Assembly (NCBI GenBank): GCA_951406725.2
Contig: OX597839.1
Location: forward strand, 6,882,001 to 6,946,000
DNA: 64,000 nt
DNA from: Octopus vulgaris
Lineage: Eukaryota
Direction of reading: 5' to 3'
Shown: positions 58,165 through 64,000 of the stretch, in pieces
How the letters are laid out: every line of letters begins with the position of its first letter
Position numbering within the stretch: the stretch's first letter is position 1
Position numbers and translations under genes: made by a program
Notes under the pieces: generated by a model
What the model saw: only the letters and a program-made list of their open reading frames with translations
What the model was told of the DNA's origin: nothing
Databases searched by the model: none

Positions 58165-59062
58165 GTCCCCGTAACTAACTTAGCGGTCCCCGTAACTTAG
58201 CGGTTCGGCAAAAGAGACCGATAGAATAAGTACTGGGCTTACAAAAAGAATAAGTCCCGTGGTCGAGTTGCTCGACTAAAAAAGGCGGTGCACCAGCATG
58301 GCCACAGTCAAAATGACTGAAACAAGTAAAAAAAAAAATTTAAAAAAAAAAAAAAATTTATAGAAAGGAAAGAGGGACGAAAAAATAAGGAAATCGTGAA
58401 AGTCTCGAAGAAACAAATGACGGAGATAAAAAGTGAAAATGAAAAAAAAAAAAAGAGGAAGGAAGTAGGATTAAAGTGAAATGCAGAAAAAAATGACGAA
58501 AGGTTTAATATATATCAAGAAAAGAGGGAAAAAAAATGAAGAGAGAATGAAGGAGATGCGGAGCGATAACGGTGGGGGGGGAAATTGATGAGAGAAATAA
58601 CAGGAAGATTGACAAAATTACCAAAAAAAAAAAAAGAAAAAAAAAAGTCACTTAGCGGTTCGGCAAAAGAGACCGATAGAATAAGTACTAGGCTTACAAA
58701 AGAATAAGTCCTGGGGTCGATTTGCTCGACTAAAGGCGGTGCTCCAGCATGGCCGCAGTCAAATGACTGAAACAAGTAAAAGAGTAAAAAAGAGAGTAAT
58801 ATATGATAGGCGCAGGAGTGGTTGTGTGGTAAGTAGCTTGCTAACCCAACCACATGGTTCGTTGATCGTATCAGCTGGGACCCTCATCGTCGCAACCGAC
58901 GGAGTGCTCCTATAAGTAGCTTGCTAACCAACCACATGGTTTCGGGTTCAGTCCCACTGCGTGGCATCTTGGGCAAGTGTCTTCTACTATAGCCTCGGGC
59001 TGACCAAAGCCTTGTGAGTGGATTTGGTAGACGGAAACTGAAAGAAGCCTGTCGGATATATG

Positions 59063-59093
<31 letters not shown>

Positions 59094-59679
59094 ATGTGTG
59101 TCTGTGTTTGTCCCCCTAGCATTGCTTGACAACCGATGCTGGTGTGTTTATGTCCCCGTTACTTAGCGGTTCGGCAAAAGAGACCGATAGAATAAGTACT
59201 GGGCTTACAAAAAGAATAAGTCCCGGGGTCGATTTGCTCGACTAAAAAGGCGGTGCTCCAGCATGGCCGCAGTCGAATGACTGAAACAAGTAAAAGAGTA
59301 AAAGAGTAAATAAAAGAATATATGATAGAATGAACGCATGGGAGTGGCTCTGTACAAAGAAGTTTGTTTCTCAGCCAGATGGTTCCGGTTTCAGTCCCAC
59401 TTTGTGGAACCTTGGGCAGGTGTCTCATACTATAAGCTTGGGTCTACCAAAAGTATTGTGTGTTGATTTGGTAGACGGAAACTGAAAGAAGCCTCTCATA
59501 GTTGTGCATGTGTGCGTGTGTGTGTATGAGTCTGTGTGCGTGTGTGTATGTGTGTGCGTGTGTGTGTGTGTGTTTTGTGACTGTATTTACCTCATTGCCG
59601 CTTGATAACCGGTGTCGGTGTGTTTACGCTCCTGTAACTTTGCGGTTCGGCAAAATCGACCGATGGAATTAGTACCAGG

Positions 59680-59761
<82 letters not shown>

Positions 59762-60275
59762 CGAGGAGTGGCTGTGTGGTAAGTAGCTTGCTAACCAACC
59801 ACATGGTTTCGGGTTCAGTCCCACTGCGTGGCACCATGGGTAAGTGTCTTCTGCTATAGCCCCGGGCCGACCAATGCCTTGTGAGTGGATTTGGTAGGCG
59901 GAAACTGAAAGAAGCCTGTCGTATATGTGTATATATATATATGTGTGTGTGTGTATGTGTTTGTGTGATTGTGTTTGTCCTCCTAGCATTTCTTGACAAC
60001 CGATGCTGGTGTGTTTACGTCCCCGTCACTTAGACGTTCGACAAAACAGACCGATAGAATAAGCACCAAGCTTACAAAGAATAAGTCCCGGGGTCGATTT
60101 GCTCGATTAAAAGGCGGTGCTCCAGCATGGCCGCACTGAAATTGCTAGCCTTGTACCAACATTTGATATCGATTTATGTATTCTCCCTCGTTGCTCACGA
60201 CTTCTTGCCAAATTTCCTCTAACCTGTCATTGCCATGACGCCGTAGTCTTATGACTAAAACAAGTAAAAGATAAA
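58165..60275 (+). mobile_element. Cluster of co-oriented SINE family A copies (full copies at 58808-59310 and 59759-60275)
   Basis: Homology. Confidence 0.88.
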
Positions 60276-60344
60276 GCTAAAATATATTGACTTGTCAGAT
60301 AAATTCGTTCGCTTTTTATTTCATTCGTTTTAATCTGTCCTCCT

Positions 60345-60990
60345 TCAGGGCGGCTTACCGGCGTTTCGTTCGTCTTTATGTTCTGAGTTCAAATTCCACC
60401 GAGGCCGACTTTGCCTTTCATCCTTTCGGGGTAGATAAAATAAGTACCAGTTGTATACCTATTTCTTTACTGCCCACAAGTGGCTAAACACAGAAGGGAC
60501 AAACAAGAACAGACAAATGCATCACCTTAGGTAGGTTAATAATAATTTTTTTATTGCCCACAGGGGGTTAAACATAGGGGAGACAAACAAGGACAGACAA
60601 GGGGATTAAGTCGATTATATCGACCCCACTGATTTACTGGTACTTATTTAATCGACCCCGAAAGGATGAAAGGCAAAATCGACCTCGGCGGAATTTGAAC
60701 TCAGAACGTAACGGCAGACGAAATACCTATTTCTATATTACCCACAAGGGGCTAAACATAGAGAGGGCAAACCAGGACAGACATAGGTATTAAGTCGATT
60801 ATATCGACCCCAGTGCATAACTGGTACTTATTTAATCGACCTCGAAAGGATGAAAGGCAAAGTTGACCACGGCGGAATTTGAACTCAGAACGTAACGGCA
60901 GACGAAATACCGCTAAGCATTTCGTCCGGCGTGCTAACGTTTCTGCCAGCTCGCCGCGTACCGGCGTCGATGTAATCGGCTTACCCCATC
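60345..60990. mobile_element. SINE family B cluster (plus copy interrupted by tandem minus copies)
   Basis: Homology. Confidence 0.85.
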
Positions 60991-61019
60991 CTCTGAAATT
61001 GCTAGCCTTGTACCAAAAT

Positions 61020-62580
61020 TTGATATCGATTTATGTATTCTCCCTCGTTGCTCACGACTTCTTGCCAAAGTTCCTCTAACTTGTCATTGTCATGACGGTA
61101 GAAATTTCAAGTTCTTGACTCGAAGAATTATCGAGCCACGTTTTCAGTTCCACGTCGCTGTTGAACGACTCGCCTGCCAGTCTCTTGGAGAGTAACCGAA
61201 AACAGGTAATCATCTAAAGGTGCTATATCAGTAGAATAGGGTACGTGTGATGGAACTGCTTAATAAAGCACGCGGAGTTCTGTTTTTGATTCAACGGTCA
61301 TTCGGAATGCTCACAGCAGCCATATTCCTACCGCTCTATGTCACGCTGGTGAGACCCATATTGGAGTATGGGATTCAAGCCTCTTCTCCTTATATCCTCA
61401 AAGACATACATCATCTCTAAAGAGTCCAGAAGCTGGCTACCCGCATGGTTCTTGGTCTCAAGCATTTGTCTTATGAAGAAAGGCTGAAGACGCTCGACCT
61501 TTATTCTCTCGAAAAACGACGACGCCGTGGTGATCTCATTCTCGCTCATAACATCATAAGCGGAAAGTGTAACCTCTCGAAAGAGCTGTTCTTCACTCTT
61601 GCTCCAGAGCGTCGGCTGCGGGGTCACTCCGAAAAGCTCTATCTACGACGATTTCATCTCAGTCGAAGGAGAGGGACTTTTTCCGTCCGGTTTGCGGATC
61701 CGTGGAATAAGCTGCCGGACGAGATAGTGACGATGTCGACGACCGCTCGGTTCAAAGTCTCTCTTGACCAGAAATGGCCTGAACTCTTTGTATGACCACC
61801 CTCCCTGTATATAACTCCATGTCCTCCTACATGGCCTTGGTTTTGCTGCTTGAGCCAATAAAAATTGATTGAATTGAATTAATCTAAAGGCGCTATGCCG
61901 GTAAAGTAGGGCGGATGCGATAGAATTTTCCACCTGCACTCTCGAATAGCATTTTAGGTCAAATTATTGATGTCAAAGCAAGCGTTGTCGTGAGGGACAA
62001 GCACGCAGTGTCGTGAGCCAGTCTATTTCAGTTGGATTACCTTGTTGAGCCGTTGTATTTGCTGAACGTTAAATCTCTTTATCAACCCTGAGATTGTTTT
62101 CAAGTATTTCATAGTACAGTGGCTCTTTCTAATCTCACCAAACCTAGAACTTTGTCTTCCATGGATGTAGCTCTGGCTTGGTTCGAGATGTCGCTTGGAT
62201 GTCGGGTCTCAGCCATTCTTTCCTTTTCTTCATATAGGCGCAGAAACCATTTTTCATCACCAGTGACGATGCTTAAAGAAATCTCTGAGTCCACGAACAG
62301 TTTGGTGTTAAGCGAGCACTGGAATACGTAACTTACGTTCAGAATGTGAGGCCCCTTGCGCACCGAGTACGTGGACATTACTCACTGAGAAAAGGTTACG
62401 TGCTACAGTGTCTGGAGAGCATCATATTTGCTGGGTCAATTCGTTAGTGGAATTGTTCGGGTCTTCATGGATAAAATCGTTCAATCGATCCGCATAAAAC
62501 TGAACGCAGAGTGTTTGCGAGATCGAATTTTACCTCATCGAGTGAAAACTGGCGTAACAATTTCTGTAAAAACTATTTCG
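61020..62580 (-). pseudogene. Decayed mariner transposase interrupted by a LINE
   Basis: FIHEDPNNSTNEL; IVTGDEKW; KPELHP; LYYEILENN; PHDNA; HPPY..IAPLD; YLF; WQEVVSNEGEYI, with many stops and frameshifts. Confidence 0.85.
61262..61882 (+). mobile_element. CR1-clade LINE 3' end with (TTGAA)n tail
   Basis: LYVTLVRPILEY...RVQKLATRMV.GLKHLSYEERLKTLDLYSLEKRRRRGDLI...RGHSEKL...FSVR...WNKLP. Confidence 0.93.
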
Positions 62581-63879
62581 ATTGATAATGTCAGCTTTGG
62601 AATATTGACAGAACGGCGGTGCATCAGCATGGCCGTAGCTCTGAGATGAAACTAACAAAAAAAAGAAGAAAAAAAAGAACGCGAAGTGGAGCAGATGTCG
62701 AAAATACCCGTTTTTTTTTATATACTTGGGAAGCCATCGTCATATTTATGAAAATCTGAAGAGAGGCAAAATTCATCCAAAATTCAAAAACAGAAAGCGA
62801 AATTTATAAAACAATAATAGAGCCACACAAAAAAACCCTTACAAAATTCTAATATAAAAATATTATTCGTATTAATTCGAATAACATTGGAAACAAAACG
62901 AACGAATTTATCTGACAACCTATCATAAATGAAACCGCGAGTATGGAACCAAGAAAGAAAAAGAATATAAAGATCGTAATACTTAAATAAAATAGAAAAA
63001 ATAATAAAGGAAGAAATAAATGAAAAATGAATTGACATAATATATTAATATAATTGAGAGTGCATCACTATCTCTCTCGTTGTTTTCTGTCCTCCAATGG
63101 AAGGAAATAAAGCCAAGTTTTATAGTATTTTTTTTTCCTTAAATGCTATATACTAACTGATGTGTTAACTGTCATACGAAAAGTTGAGAACAAAACTTTA
63201 CCACTGTTGTTAATAACAGATAATATTAATTCTGTAATTAATTGATAGTTAAACAGTAGTTTTGTTAATAATAACATATTTATTAAGAATTTACAAATGA
63301 AGAATTTGCATTAATATTTAATTTAATTTAAATTTAATGAAAATTTCAATTTTGAAAATTGGAATTCATTTCATTAATATTTATTTATAATGAAATTTGA
63401 AAAATATAAAATTGCAGATATTGTAATCTTCCAGCGTCCGCAACGAAGATGTGTTTCATTACATCACGCCACTAATCTCTAAACTCTATTAGTTTTGACA
63501 GATTCTCAATTTCACGTTGCATGTCTCTACCAATACTATCATCATTAATATCTTGACATTACAGGTTCGAATCCAAGCACCCATTAGGTCTATTAGCCGG
63601 GTTCCACGGCGCATAAGTGACCGCAATCACAGCATCCTCTAATTTTCAGTGGGACGTCAGTCCGTCGCAGGTTTAATCATTTACAGTCGAGTGGACTGGA
63701 GCAAGGTGAAGTGAAATGTTTTGTCTAAAACCACAGTGTCCGGGCAGGAGATCGAAACCACCATCTTGTAATCATGGGTGCAACACCCTAACCTCTAGGC
63801 TACATACCATCACTTCTGTACCAATAACATTCCAAAACTACCAAAACCAATGGAAATATTTTTGTTTTGTTTACAGAGT

Positions 63880-64000
63880 AGGCGCAGGAGTGGCTGCGTG
63901 GTAAGTAGCTTGCTTACAAACCACATGGTTCTGGTTTCAGTCCCACTGTGTGGCACAGTGAGCAAGAGTCTTCTACTATAGTCTCGGGCCGACCAAAGCC
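63880..64000 (+). mobile_element. SINE family A, 5' part (runs off the window)
   Basis: AGGCGCAGGAGTGGCTGCGTGGTAAGTAGC... Confidence 0.9.

Overview
Eukaryotic, AT-rich, extremely repeat-dense DNA. The SINE families and microsatellite load suggest an octopus or other coleoid cephalopod genome (inference). Almost every ORF in the supplied track is a microsatellite artefact. Recognisable content: (1) dozens of tRNA-derived SINE copies from four families; (2) truncated non-LTR retrotransposons of the CR1/L2, RTE and R4/Dong types, one with a twin-priming 5' inversion; (3) a Penelope-like GIY-YIG endonuclease fragment; (4) a decayed mariner transposase and mariner-type MITEs; (5) a 43/44-bp minisatellite derived from a LINE 3' end; (6) several foldback/hairpin structures; (7) a plausible five-exon, phase-consistent 3' end of an unidentified minus-strand gene (10.7-18.5 kb). 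The most striking signal is about ten type-I hammerhead ribozyme motifs from about five structurally distinct families, mostly in short non-coding elements inserted into (TA)n tracts. Several have intact cores, palindromic stem III and covarying stems, and some carry core variants (U3-A8, U4C). All coordinates and folds were read by eye; nothing was computed or searched.
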